Shown in pieces: positions 23,401 through 38,400 of a stretch of DNA of 64,000 bases. Origin of the DNA: Bugula neritina (Eukaryota; Animalia; Bryozoa); the NCBI GenBank assembly GCA_964035545.1, contig OZ037765.1:14580698-14644697 (forward strand), read 5' to 3'. How positions within the stretch are numbered: position 1 is the stretch's first letter; every line of letters begins with the position of its first letter. The position numbers were made by a program, and so were the translations under genes. The notes under the pieces were generated by a model. The model searched no databases and was not told the DNA's origin. It was given only the letters and a program-made list of their open reading frames with translations.

Positions 23401-26400
23401 CGTCCCTGTAAAAGTGGTGGACTCTACAGGGACAGAAAGTTACAGTAAAGTGCTGGGGTACGTGTATTTTAAGTCGCTTCATGGTGGAGAAAGTCCGTCT
23501 GCATTCGCTACATCGTCTATTGTCGTCAGTTCCTATGATTGCTTGTATGAGTGTTCTCGTCCGTCGGGTAGTCCAAGTCGTACGCCGTAGCAACGCCTGT
23601 GGCAATTCAAGGGGTCGGTCAATCGTCTCAGTCAGTCCAGTCATGTCTAATTGTAGTGCAGTCTGTTCAGTCGGTGGGTCCGACACTGTCGACAAGTGCA
23701 TGTTGGACAACATGTCCATCCCTGCTTCTGACATATTGTCCCAGGTTGCAGTAGGTGAATCTAACAGAGCTTGTATCTCTGCAGATACAGATTCAGTCTC
23801 ACCTGCAATAGAGTATTTACATTCACCGTCTAACTTTGAATCAAACTTTATAAATGGGATTCCCCTCTTCAGTGCGATACTGACAACTGAATCACACAGT
23901 GTATTAACCCACTAATCGTAAAATCAGCTGAGTTGACTGTCTCATTCTAGTCACCTATACATCGCCCGACAGAAGTTTCAACTTTATCATTATGACAAAG
24001 TGAGACTGCTAACGGCTACCAGAATAAATTTCAGTTAAGAAATAGAATTTCTAGTAGACTTACCCCCCAAAACAGTTGCTGCATCAGCCATGATGTTTGC
24101 TGTCTGTTTGTATAGGGCTCGTAGTAGCCAAATTTATTCACTGCAAAAAGACGTGCTGTCTGTTAGCTGGTTGAATTTGAAAAGAGCACTCACAGCTAGA
24201 GTATTATGCAACACCTTATACGCTATTGAGTTGGCTTCGCTCTGCTGACCCTTCGGCTGACCTATTCTATCGCCACTAGGCAGCACACTATCAATTTCCT
24301 CGTCCCCCAGACTTTTTTTGCACCTGTCGACATGCTATAAAATACTGTGCATGTTGATCAAGTCGCACAAGAAGTCTCTCAAATAAGATGGTGGCGCCCT
24401 AATACGTTGGCTACGTTCCAACGGTACAGAGGAATTTGCTGCTGCTGGTGACTCTACCATCTCGGTTGGTGCCGCCAGCACGGGAGGGGGGTAACCAATA
24501 CGGGTGGTTCCCTCTCAGCTGCCTCTTCCTCATGAATTTGAGGAATTTCCATCTCATCCAGGGCGACAGGTGTGTCGGCCGGCTTCACTGGTGGTGGGGC
24601 CGGCTCGGACTGGTCTTCCGGTGTGTCGGCCGCCCCCTCCTGGGGTGGGGGTGGCCGGAGCGATTCAGGCGACGCGTCGGCCGCTCCCTTCTGACCTGGC
24701 AGTATCTCCTCCATTTCTCTGTATGCCATGCCTCGCCCCCTCATGGGAGGGCGTCGAGCAGGCTCTAAGAGTAGAGGTGCTTGTCCTGCCACGTCAGGGC
24801 TTGCCCAGTGTGGTTTCAAACGTGCTTCGTTCTGGATCGACACCTGTCTAGAACGTTCCACTTTATAGGTGTGATTTGGCATCACCTCAATCACGCAAGA
24901 AGGACCCACAAACTTCGGCTGCAACTTAGCCGCCTGTCCGTGCCGCTGGCGATGACTAGTTATCCAGACCCAGTCTCCCACCTTGTACAAGGGGGAGGGG
25001 GTTGTCAGGGTCACCATTTCTGACCTGCCACTGCTGCTCACGTAGCACCTTGTGAGCCGTCCTCATGCGTTTCGCGAGCTCGTCCACATAATCATGGACA
25101 CTGCTCTCTGGAGCTGGAATGTGGTGAGTTACGTGCTCAGGAACCCTTGTTTCTCTCTCCAGCATGAGAAAATTAGGGGCCTCCAGTGTACTGGAGTGAA
25201 GGGTACTACGGGAAGCTCGCATGATTTGCGGCAGTACCAAGTCTCACTCTTCCTGGCTCTTACTGATAAGCAGGCTTCTCAGTGAGTCCCCTAGCATTCA
25301 GTTGTTTCTCTCCACAACCACATTCCCTTGCGGGTGATGCGGGGTCGTTCGACTCTGGTTTACCACCCACGTTTTACAGAGATCGCTCATAAGTTGCGAC
25401 TGAAACTGGGCGCCTTGATCAGAGTGGATTTGTTCCGTTAAGCCAAAATAACAAAACACCCGCTGATCCAAGGCTCTGGCCACCGTAGGGGCCGACGCAT
25501 CTGGAATGGCCAGCGCATCAGCCCACCGCGTGAAATGGTCAGTTAACACCAGTATCCAGTTATTACCTCTCACTGTCGTGGGCATGGGGCCTACCAGATC
25601 TACAGCGACTACCTGCCATGGACGACCGGCATGGAGGCGGCGCCGACACAGCTCCTTGACGTTCCTGAGCAGCGTGGGGTTTGCATGAAAGTTGTTAACA
25701 GCTTTACTAGGGGCTTCGGACCGAAGTTGTCATTCCTCCCAGTTGTATATACCTCCTTTCTCCACCTGTTCTTCAACGTTCGAGCGAGGGGGTCCACCAT
25801 CCCCACGCTCGATATTTTTGGCATTGCTTACACCCATCTGCCTGGCCGCGGCTCAGTCTGTCGGCATTACCGTGTTTCTTACCGAGTCGGTTTTCGATCC
25901 GATAAGAAAACTCTGCCAGGATTTCAAGCCAGCCCGCTACTTGACTAAATGGCTCAGCTTGTCGACGCAGCCATATCAAAGACGCATGGTCCGTTCGTAA
26001 TCTGAACATGCGTCCATACAGGTATGGTCTAAAGTATTTCACCGCCTTGACAACTGCCAGGAGCTCTCTCCTGGTGGTACAGTAGTTTTTCTCAGGCGCC
26101 GACAGAGCCTTACTATAGTAAGCTACCACCGCCTCGCGGCCATCTTGGACCTGAGGCAGCACCGCCCCCACATTATGGTTACTGGCATCAGTATCCAAAA
26201 TGTACTCTTTCGCCGCAACAGGGTACGCCAAGATGGGCGCCTCTACAAAGCGATCCTTGAGGTGGTCAAATGCCTGCTGTTCCATCTGCTTCCACTGCTA
26301 TCGCACCCCTTCTGCTGTCAGCCGGTTTAGTGGCTGCGCAATCGTGCGAAGTCTGGTATGTACTGACGATAGTACCTTACCAGCCCCAGGAACGCCCGCA

Positions 26401-29400
26401 ATTCAGGGAGGTCGACAGGGACAGCCCAGTCCCTCACAGCCCGTATCTTCTCGGGGTCGGTGGCGACCCCGCCTCGACCAACTACATGGCCTAGGTACTT
26501 AACCTCTTGCTGTAACAATGTGCACTTAGAGGGCTTGAGCTTCAGACTAGCAGCTCGAAGTCTGTCAAACACCTCCCTGAGTCGACTGACGTGAGTGTCG
26601 AAGTCGGGGGAGAGGACAATGACATCATCGAGATAGATAAGCAAGGTCTTCCAGTGTAACCCACTTGGGACCTGCTCCATGAGTCGCTGGAAGGTGGCCG
26701 GCGCAGACGTAAGTCTGAATGGCAACACCTTTCATTTCTAGAGCCCATCCCGCGTAATAAACGAGGCCTTGTTTTGTGCATCAGGACTTAGGGGCACCTG
26801 CCAATACCCGCTTAGCAAATCAAACGTACTGAAGAACTTGCTATCAGCTAAGGCATCTAGCGACTGATCGATCCTAGGAAGAGGGTAAGCGTCCTAGATG
26901 GTCATGCTGTTCAGTTTGCGATAACCCACGCAAAAAACCTCCAGCTCCCATCTTTTTTCCGAACCAGGACAACTGGAGAGCTCCAAGCACTATGTGCTGG
27001 CTCAATCAGGTCCCGGTTCAAAAGGTCTTGCACCTGTCGGCTCACTTCTTTTTCCTTCTCATGACCTAACCAGCCGGGTCGACTGCCTGATAGGCACCGT
27101 CCCAGCTGCCAGGGGTATCTCATGACAAACAGCCCTCGCTAGGCCAATGTCATGATCGCCGCAACTGAACACATCTTTGTACTCAGAGAGTAGCTGTGCC
27201 ACTAACAGGCGTTCCCGCTTACTCTTACAGCCATCACAGGCATCCCCGTACAAATCTACCAAGTGTTCAGGCACCGGCCCCCTGCTGTCCCTAGTGTGTA
27301 CTCATCGAGCCTCGTCCGCTGTTTCCAGGGCCAGCCCAACATCCTCCTGTATGGAGTGGAATTTCCCCCCTAGTGACCCAGCTGGCAATTTTACTGGCTC
27401 CGTGAAAGGATTCACACACTGGACCAGGAACTCTCCCCACTCATCCAATCTATTCAGACTGTTAGCGAGCTGGACGCTCCCCAGCGCACCTTCCACCACT
27501 CCTAAATCGGAGATTTCTCTACAGTTCACTCTGCAGCAAACTGTAGCCCGAGAGCGCTCAGGTACGGTACAGTGCTGTACCAACTGCACTCCCCCCACCA
27601 AGGGCCGGCCAAATCGGTCGACACAGGCCAGCTCACGTCCGGCCATCACCACCGTTGACTTATTAAAGTCAATGTGGCACCTGTGTCGATTCAAAATGGC
27701 ATGCCCAAGATGGCGTCCTCCTTGAGTTGACTGACGATGAAGCTCTCGTTGATCATCTGATCACGGCATCTACCAGTCAACTCTATCACACCATGAAGAG
27801 GAATACATGACCCGTCCGCCAACGTGCCATGTTCCCCTTCATATGGCTCCAGGTTTGCCCGGTCTCTAGCAGTGAGTGTGTCAAACAGACGCCGGCTCAG
27901 AAGATTTGTTGTACACCCAGCATCCAATAGGAAGGTGGCAGCTTTTCCGGCAAGTTTACTGGGGAGGAAATAACTGCTCCCATACGCCTGGGCGCTTACT
28001 GAGCGAATCGTCTCTAGAGGTGACACCTTGTGTGCATGGAGTTGGGAATGCACCTGTGCTTTTCGGTTACGAGGGGGGGTCATCGACGTTTCGTGGGCAA
28101 GCAGGTTACATCTCGGTCTTGCTCACACACGGGCGGCCGAGTGAATCCTCAGTCTTGCGCTCGTGTGGGCACCCAAGGGAAATTCCTGTCTTGCTCCCAT
28201 TCGTTGTACATCCCCTCATCAGGCAAACCTTCAAGGCGGTTTTTGAGTGCCCAAACCGAAGGTTTTGGCGGGCTTTGCGGCCTACTAACTCTCCTTGAGG
28301 CTTGCCACTCTGGCGAGGGCAGCCTTCTTACCCGATAGGGTTTGGTCCTTGACAGGTTAAACCGAGGCCCACGGTCGGCGGAGTCTACTGTGGGCCGTGT
28401 CGATTTAACTGCCTCCCTCTACCGTGGGGGCAGCTTCGTATGAAGTGCCCACTACTACCACAACCCCAACATACGGGGTCCCGCCTGCTACCGACAGCTG
28501 ACGGCAACCTAGTGGGTCGCTCGACTGTCAACTGTTGGCGTAGTTGCCTGATCTCGGCTAACAGATCTCGAACCAAGCTTGTGGTCAAGCTAGTCAGCTG
28601 CCGCCGTGGCGACATGTACAGCTGTCTTGGCCGACAACGTCGTCGGCCTTGACTTGCTGTACTGTCGCCCCAGGCCGGCACGTACTGTCGGCTTGAAAAT
28701 AAGCATTCCCAAGCCTGAGAGCTCGCTCCATAGTTTTAACCTCAGCTACCAGGAGGTAGTGCTTCAGCCAGCTCTAGGTTGTTAATAGACTGGAGGAAAG
28801 CATCTAGTGCCAGACTCTGCTGACCATTCGCAGGCAAGTCACCATAGGCGACTTGTGCTAGCCGCTCAACTACGGTAGCGTGCTCCCTCAAGGTAGTCTT
28901 AGGATTTCTCCTAAGCTTTTGGAGCTGCACACGAGCATCCCAAGCAGTAAGCCCAAACCGAGCTCCTAATGCCTCAAAGATGTCGCCGACGTCCTGACCA
29001 ATTCCATAGGGTTTGGCCATCCCTGTCAGTCACAACCGTAGCTGAATCAGAGTAACCCTGACAGGCCATCGACAGATGGCTGCTACATCACTGAACTCAG
29101 TAATAAATTGCTCCACGTCTTCTTCTCCAGAAAAGATGGGAGCCGCAAGTGGTACCTGTCCATAGGCAGCGCTGGGCCGCCTATGCCGTCCTCCATAGCT
29201 ACTGGTTCTTGACGGGGTATGTCCTCTTCGTCGGCCATTTTTTACTCCCTAGCTAGGAGCATTTGCAATAAATAAATCCCACCGCTGCCACCACTGTTGT
29301 GAATTTATGCTTCACTGCAATCAATGGGTTTATTTATTGAAAGCCACTTCACCAGGTTTGCTAATTAATAAGAGTTTATTTACTGCTAATAACACACGAA

Positions 29401-32400
29401 TAAATGTATAACAACTAACACAAACCGTTACATAATAAAGAGCTATCAGTACACAACTTGCTAGCATTATCAAGTCCTCTCTGCCGGCTACGCTGCCTAA
29501 CTAGCTTCCACTATGCGTTTTGTAGCTCCGCCTACTAATTAATTGTTAGTCATGTCTCATTGGCCAACACGGTGGTACCATCCTGATGACATGATGCTGG
29601 CTGCCAGGGTTAGGGTCAGTTACATGTGAATGTAATTAATTACAATTACATCAAAATTTGTCAATTACAATTATAATTACAGATAAAAAGTAATGTAATT
29701 AATTACAATTACATGACAATGTAATTAATTACAATTACAATTACTTTCGTTCTTACAAGCAATAAATAGAAGTTATGCAAGCTCACTTATAGTGTCCAAA
29801 TACCAGGGGCAATTTTGACAGGGGTGAACCTCTTTTGTTCTCAGCAGTGATACTATACTACCTAGACCAGTGATTCCCAACCTTTTTCAAACTATTCCCC
29901 CTTTCATAAATGTTGACTATTAATTCCCCCTTATTCAAAGATCGAAAAGATTTGATGACCCACTGAATGAGAATATATGATACAATGCAATATATTTTGT
30001 TCTATTATATTTGCATATAATATAATTATCATAATAGTAATATTATCATTATTTTTATGTTATAAAACACAGAGCAGTCTAATTATTAATGTTATGGCTT
30101 CAGTTGATGCTTTTGTGCCAGCTTGGTTAAGTCTGACTTTGTTTATTACCAGGCCCATCTTAAGTCACTCTGCGGGTAAAAGCAGTTTCTCTTCTCTTTG
30201 AATTGATTAGAATCCTACTTCACACAGATAGGCAGAGTTTTGGTTCTGGATGGCACCAAAACTCTGCTTTGTCAGCTATGTGTGGAAAGAGTTTGCTTGT
30301 TGAAATCCAGAAATACTTTAGGTAAAAATGGCGCATGTAAAAATGGCACACTGATGTTAAATTTTTCCAAACTCAAACAACCAACCCTTGAACCCAACCC
30401 CCCCACCTTCTAACTCAAACCCCCACCCTCAAACTCCAGAACCTCAAGCACAAACCTAAAATCCTCACCTCAAACCCTTTTTTCAAACTCCAAACCCCCA
30501 CCCCAACATTGAAAACATGTGCCATTTTTACCTACTTTTTTATTTGTGCCATTACTACCTGTACCGTTTCTAGTGGACACCACCCACAATCCATCAATTG
30601 GAATAGATTTCAAATCATCCTTCATTGCTGAATTGTGAACCAACTCAATGAAATCCTCATATGATTCCTCTAAAAACCTTTCAACAAAGCGTTGCAATGG
30701 GTCACATTTCAAGTTAAGAATCTAGCTCTTTCTTTTTGGGAGGTAGCTTAGAGAAGTACTGTTAAAACTTCATTAACAGTTCAGAGATGAGAACAGGGAG
30801 AACAGGTAGTGTCCGGTAAAAATGGCACAGGTAAAAGTAGCATTATTGACACAAATGGAAAATTAGATAAATATTAATGGCACATTTTCAACTTTACCTG
30901 TGCCATTTTTGCCTAAAATCGGAACAGGTTTCCTGCATTTTCAAGTTCAGATTATTTAGTGTAGAAAATATTATATGCACGAAGTATGTAGTATACAATT
31001 TATAGAAATTGACTTGCATGACTGCTAAAAATCGGCCTGTTGGTTTTTGCAAATTTTTTGACCTCCATTGGAAATAGCGCAGAGAACAGTTAGGGTAAAG
31101 TAATTAATAGACACATTCATGTAGAAGTAAACTGAGATTGCAGAATATGGTTTGGTTAAATAGATGAACTAAGATGAAGATTTATAGATATGCATATATA
31201 CTTTTGTAATGTGCAAGAGCTCAAAAAGCTTTCAACAAAGTGCGTGAAATTTTCAAAATCCAAATTCCCCTCCCTGAAATGTCCAAATTCCCCCCTAGGG
31301 GCATGGTAGAAAAAGTAGGAAATTTTTAAGATTTTAAAGTTTGAAGTAATTGACAAATAATTATAAAGTAATTGTAAAAATCAATTACATTTTTATACAT
31401 CAATTACAAATTACATTCAATTACTTGAAAAAATGTAATTAATTACAAATTACAATTACCCCAACCCTGCTGGCTGCATCATGTAACTGTCCGAGTGAGA
31501 AGTATCCTTTCAATATAACTAATGCAATATTAAAAACCTTTACAATAGTTATAATGTAGTAACTTGTGGGTTATTGAATGAAATCAGGCAGAGAACATAA
31601 CTCCTTGTTATAGAAGAGACAAGAGAGGGTGTTGAAGTTGTGTGTGCTGAACTTTATTGTAGTCTTGATCCTTCCAGTTCGAGCTTCAGTCCTCAAGTGA
31701 CTGAAGCTCGAAAATGGGCTTCCTTTTATACTAGCCAGACAAAGGACTTCTAGAACTTTCCACCGGTGACTAGTCAATATTCCGAAGGCCCATTGCTCCG
31801 AAGATCCATTGGCCCGAAGGTGCATTAGTCTGAAAATTAGTAGGGATATAGTATTATATCACTGAGCATATCATAAATTTCACTCACAATCTTGCTATAT
31901 TATTGCTAGCTGTGGATGATATGCGTGTGGCCTACTTGTAATTTTTTAGCCCGAGATTACGCTATGACCCTACCTCAATTAAATGCTGCCTTATCTATCA
32001 ACATTCTATTGTGGCTGGTCCATAAACCAAGTACACAGCAAGCTATTCACTAGCCTGTCAGCTAACAAGCTCGTAACTAGTAATTTATGCATAAGTATCT
32101 CCTCATCTCTAAGTGTTGAAGCATGAAGTGTTGTGCAAGGGTGATTTAATAAGTATTTTTATTTCACAGTTCATATAAAAATGACAGCTATAAGCAATGA
32201 ACTCAAAATATCCAGTTCAATGGCTATAGTGACTGCAACTCTATTCTAGCTACAGTCAGTCAGCTTATATAAGCCTTTCATATGTTGACTATTAACTGAA
32301 AAACTTAAGTAAAAATATTAAAGCCAAGCAAACATTTTGGGTCTACTGTATGGTATTCATGATAAGCTTGGTAAAAGTTTACCTCATAGTTTACATTTAA

Positions 32401-35400
32401 AGTTGGTGTCAAAAAATTGTTGGTATTGAATGAAATAGCAAATTTCTGGCTTGGCAGTTATTTATTTGATATCACATTTAATCTCCAACATTATCTATAA
32501 GCTGCTAAACTGCACTTTTCTATGCTACTATTCTTAATATCAGTAAATACAAGCATTGAAGACAAAAAATAATAAACATTTTGGACGCTACTCTAAAATT
32601 AAATAACCAAAGCTGCACACCAAACAACTCCACAAGATATGTAAACAAGGGCAACATCATTAGTAGATAAGAGTTCAGGCCCGCCAAGTAAAACCTAGCC
32701 TAAACTAAAATTTAAAAACCATGTTGTAGATCTTCCTGTTGCTCAAAGCAACTTTTTGAAATGTTCAATAAATAATTTTAATTCTCATAATAATTCTACT
32801 AATTTTTGGACTAATGCATCTTCGGAACAATGGGCCTTCGGAACAATGGGCCTTCGGAATATTGCTCCGTCCCTCCCTTCCACCGACCGAAGTTCGGTAG
32901 GGTATGGCAACATTCGTCATGTTGGTAACTAACATTCCGTCTGTCGGCATCCACTTGCCGAACTCGGTCCAACTGCTGGTTTACGTGAATCAGCAAAAAT
33001 GAACCCAACCAAGTGTATGCGTATTGTAACTTGTAATGGGGGGGGGGGGGGGAAGGGATTACCTATTCACAATGCTAAAAGCTTAACAATAGACATAGTA
33101 TTTAAGGTATTAGAAAGTTACGCCACAGACTTAGCTATAACTACAGTATTTAGAAAAATGGCCATATGTAATGTGTCAAGGGGGATAACTCTGATATTTA
33201 CCACACACACTTCTTATCAGAAAGTACACTTTCTAATACAAAAATAGAGGGTATATATAACAAACATAAAACAACGGGCCAAGGGGCATGGAGACTAGCA
33301 TAAGAATACAGGGCTAGGGCTTCTGTGAATACAGAAAAATAATAAAAAAAAACTTGGTTCAGGTTCAGGTTCTAGAGAAAAATGATATAATACTGATAAA
33401 AAAAATTTTTGGGTAAAGAAAAATAAAATAACCTTGACTGGTAGGAATTTATGAGCACAAAAACAGAGTATAAAGGTAGAAATCCAAAAAAAACTGGTAC
33501 TGGTATAAAAATTTAATTTTCACCTAATTGTATTGTTATTATTGTGATCATAGACATGCTAACTTATAAAACATATACTTTAAACTAGTAAAAACGCTGG
33601 GAACAACATTGAAAAAACAAAAATGTTCACAAAGTTTAAAAAAAGTTGAACATTTTCACGACACCCATTTCAGTTAAAACACTCCAGAATGACTAAAATG
33701 AGTGTCACAAGAATTTTTGCTTTATTTTTAGCATTGAGGACATATATAATTTTACAATTGACATCATTAAACTGCTTTTGCATTTTTACACCAACTCAGC
33801 TAATTAAAAAGTTATGAAACTGGGACACAAGAATAAATAAGATTAAAGTCATTGTGAAAATTCTTGGGGTCAAAAACTAGGGGATATCGCAAAGAACTCA
33901 ATACATTGATTTTAATTTAATTTTATTGGTATTTTTCAGCTTCTAGACATGCTGACTCATGAATCATATACTTTAAACTAGTGAAAATACTGATAGCAAT
34001 ATTAACGAACAAAAATGTTCACAAATCGTGGAAATAAAACTAAAATTTTTTGCGAAACCCATTTTCGTCAAAACTCCCCCAAATGACTAAAATGTGATTT
34101 GCTCATCTCCTCCCCCTTCCGCATTCCAGCCACAAACTTCAGTCACCTTAGCTACAATTCATAGAAAAAAAGTCTACCCGAAATTTTGTAGCACATGTCA
34201 CTAAAGTTTTTTCTGATGAAAGCTGGCCTGTGAAGTGGAAATAGAAAAAACATTTTTAGTTCTATAAAACAGTAATGATAATGGCACTATAGAAATGAGT
34301 GATGTGCATTTGATTTTGCCTCTGCCTGCTATCTGTGGTGGCACAAACTGTACAGTAAAACATGAATTTTGCTGTAGATCTGAAAGAGTATTTTTATTTA
34401 CTTGTGTATATTAAATACTCGTAAATAAAGATCAGATGCAACCAAATCAGCAAAGTCTCAATATATTTGTTGTGCCCCACCCAGTGGCCCATTGTACCCC
34501 GGTACCGGGGCACAATGGGCCATTTTTTTTGTCATGAAAATTTCATTATTCTGAAAGTTGTAAAAGAGATAGAAACAACCAACTGATACCTCACCTACCT
34601 ATAATAGACAACTGGTGTAGCATTTAGACTAGAGACTATTGAACTAGTAACCTGAAAAACAGACGAATGAGAGCAAAAAATTCAAAATTTGGCCCATTGT
34701 GCCCCGTTACTCCTATATAAATTGACAAATACTGCAATCAACAACAAAAAGACTATCTCGGTATAAAACTATAATATTCACCTAGAAAAGTTTTCTTCAT
34801 CATTTACTGTGAATTCTTTGACCACCTTCTCCAGGAACTCATGACCAGTAACTGCTTTAACATTGTAAAACAACTCTTCATATTTTTGAATGTGCTCTTC
34901 TTCTTCTTTCACCGCTTTTTCTTTTACACCTGTATCGAATTAGCAACTAGATAAATGTAAAGATAGATTACATATATACACAATAACTGGTTTATACATA
35001 TATAATACCAGCTATTACAAATAGCAACATTAATGCATGCCGATAACAGTCAAACCAAAATCTTTTAACCCACATTTCTCGAAACTACAAATAACATTGT
35101 AGAAAATTTTGACAGCTCAATTCCTAATAATTTTTGTTAGACTTGTTAAATATGGGTCTTATTTTTATATAATGAATTGTGATTAGTCTGAGGTGAACAG
35201 ACGCACTCATTTTAGCTTGTTTTTCCACTTCATCGGCCTTGTGACCTAATCTTTCATGCTCCTTTACACTCATAAACCTCTTGAGTTCACCATCATGGGC
35301 AATCATTCTCTGGAGAACCTTAATCTCAGAGTTATGCATCATCTCATCTTTACTAGACCTTTCATTTAATGCCTTCAATTTCCTCAGAAATTCTAATCTA

Positions 35401-38400
35401 AAGGTAATGAAAACCAAAAAACAACCTGCAAGCATCAGGTAAATTACAAAACGATATTAAGATGCAATTGAAGTCATCCAAATTATTGGACTGAGCATAT
35501 AATTTCAATAAGAAAAGCGATTGCTATTTCTATGAAGTAAATAACATACATGTACACTTTAAACATACAATACTTTACAAACAAAATAGGCCTATAATTT
35601 CAAGTTGTCAATAACTTCAACATGTTACCTCTGCTCATAATTCCTACTGGCTTCCTCTGTCATTCCTACAATCTTTTTCTTATAAATGGATATTTCATCA
35701 GTCACAGCAATATATAACTCTTGATAAATCCTCTTTTCATTTACTGAAGCTTTCAAGCTATCTTTTAACTTTTGATTAATGTGCAGAGTTGAGCAAAAGT
35801 TGGTAGTCAACTACAAAAACATTAAATTTATTAAAAAAAATAAGTTTTTCTATTGAAGGATTTTGACTTGCACGTCGTGAATAAAACAAGAGTTTTAATA
35901 CAAAGAACTGGTTTCTTCTTAAATCAAAATATCATTACAATAATGACAATACCCAGTTGACTTTATCTTCAAGTCGTTTAATAACTGCCTGTTGAGCAAT
36001 TCGCTTTTCCCTTTCTGCATCTTCTCCATACCAGGCCACTTTTACTGCTGACAGTTCTCGTTTTAATGCCAAAATCTGCAAATATAAAAAAGTTACAGTT
36101 TGAAACCGTATTTTATTTTCCGATTATAATAGTGGATAAAATAAATTTGGCTAGAAAATGAATTTTATAAGCTGATACTGATACTACTGCAAGCATAGCT
36201 GTGATACTTGCTAATATTTTAGCGGCGTAGTATATGCATTTGTATCACATATATGAATTACATTTTCTACAAAAATCCATCAAAGAAGTTTAAACTTGCA
36301 ATTGTTTACTGTTACAAAAATCAAACAACTGCTTTAAATGAAAATATTTTGCTGTGAAACCAGTAATAGAGAGTAAAGGTTTTATATCATTAGGTACCCA
36401 ACAAAATACCTGTATATCTAGCTCTTCACATGATATCTTTTCAATGTTACACAATTTTTCATAATCTTCTCTTGCTTCTAATAAAGTTTGTAACTTTCTC
36501 GTAGAACCAATGTCTGTGTTGAGATGCTGAGGGCCATAAGTCACCCATATCGTGTGGTTTAGATTATCATTAGCAACTTTCAATGATTTTATCTCTGTTC
36601 TAAATATATATAGTATGCTTTTCGAAAGTTTTAAAATGCTGCCTAAATTATTCTGGTTAAGAATTTTACAACTATCCACTGTTTACAATAATGATAAAAT
36701 GCTTACAGATCTTGCTTATTTTGCTGCCAAAATTGACTAATTAAAATGCTTTCTTTCACTTTACTCTGTCGTATGTAAAAGCACATGGTAAACTTAAATA
36801 TAATGTAAAATCTTAGCCAATGTTATTTTCAACAGGCAAGCAGCAAGTAAAGATAGCACTGGTAAAAATGGGATGGCAAAAATGGCACAGCTAATAATGG
36901 ATGGAATCCCTCATTCTGAGATGAGCGACCGATTCAGCGCCTGAAAACCATTCGGCTTTCGAGTCGGCGGATTTGGACGTCCAAATGGACATTCATGGGC
37001 TTTCCATGGATCTGAATCGATCTCGCTGAGTCAGATCTGAGAAATGTGCTCAGATCGATTGTTTTTCTATAAGAGTGTCAGATCGATCTTGCGGAGTTGC
37101 CTTCTAGTAAGTGAAGAGTACTTTAATAATATATTTTTCCTCCACCTGAGTGATTAAAGCTACTGCTGTTGAAAAACAAAATTTCCATAGTCTAAAATTT
37201 AACGCCAGCTATAAACTATACGCAGCAAATCTTTTAGTGTGAAGTAAATTGGCCAATTTATGATGATCAATTTTAATTTTTTAGCTTGACAGCTTATATA
37301 ATATTAATAGCTGTCTTGCAGATAATTCATAAATTTACAGCAGCAAATAGCTAATGAAAGTAAGTTTTACTAGCCATTTAAATTCAATTTAGTGCTCCCA
37401 TTTTTTGTACCTTCTACTGTCTACAATTTTATATAATTGAGTTTTTTTAATCGTAGTACTGAAAGTCAAAGTTTTGGCATCTGAAAATGTGGCTATCGTA
37501 ATTATTAAATAATTTGTTTAGTAATTAACAATAGTTTATCATTTTTATTAGCAGACGACATTTTAGCAAACAGTCTTTTTCTACTTCTCAGATCGATCTT
37601 TCGTCTTTCCATGGTCTTATTACCTTGAGATCGATCTGAGTTCAAGCTTTACAAACCGACCAGCTCAGATCGATGGAGATCAATCTATGGAAAGCCGGTG
37701 ATTCAAGCGTCAAAATCGGGTTTCTGTTGGGAGAATTATTCATGCAAACTCTATTACATAATCTATTACTTACTAAATAGAGGGAGACAAAGTAAAGTAG
37801 AAACATGCCCAGACAGGGCGCATGATAACATAAGCTGCCCACCGTCTATGGGCATGCCAAAATATTATACACACCGCTTAAAATATAATAAAATGCATAA
37901 TATAACAAAATGCAATTAATAAAACTAATTATTATTAACTTATTAATGTCGTTTTTGTTTATTATGGTCAGGAATTCCATATATATCAATTATCAAGAAA
38001 AAAATACTACTACTAATTTATATTAGCCAAATTATGGTTTTAAAAACTAAAACTAATTAAACTATCTAATACTGTCTGTTACCAACTAACTGCTAGTGTG
38101 ACTTTAGGGTGTGACTAAAATGGGTGGCCATCCGGTGTCGCGGTCCGCGACATCCATTTTAGCCATTTGGGGGGGGGGGGTTGACTAAAATGGGTGTCGC
38201 GAAAAATTTTCGTGTCATTTTCAGATTTTTAAGCAGTTGTCACTTTTGAGATTATTGTTAAATAAACCTTCAGTTAATAATGAACATTTCACAATTGTTT
38301 AAACAAAAACAACAAATGAATAAATAATGATAAAATTGAAATAATTGTAACCTAAACAAACTCGTTGAGAATTATTGTTTTGTGTCAAAATATCAATTTT

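Larger units (their letters stand above)
22320..31544 (-). mobile_element. Full-length Ty3/Gypsy element B (intron 6 of the CCDC63-like gene)
   Basis: 3' LTR 22320-22688; 5' LTR 29295-31544, split by a hAT insertion; TSD ATAG; PBS TGGTGGCAGCGGTGGGATT (29293-29275, matches tRNA-Leu 3' end); PPT AGGAGGGGAGGA; decayed gag (29238-28385, CWGCGSSGHFIRSC) and pol (~28400-24330). Confidence 0.96.

Noticed and set aside
22909-24400. env gene in the post-integrase region
   Set aside because: No signal peptide, fusion peptide or transmembrane anchor visible in A, B or E.
26730-26745. APOBEC-like G-to-A hypermutation (several TGG to TAG/TGA changes in B, A and D)
   Set aside because: C-to-T stops also occur and Trp-to-stop changes are the easiest to notice; needs a strand-bias test against a consensus.
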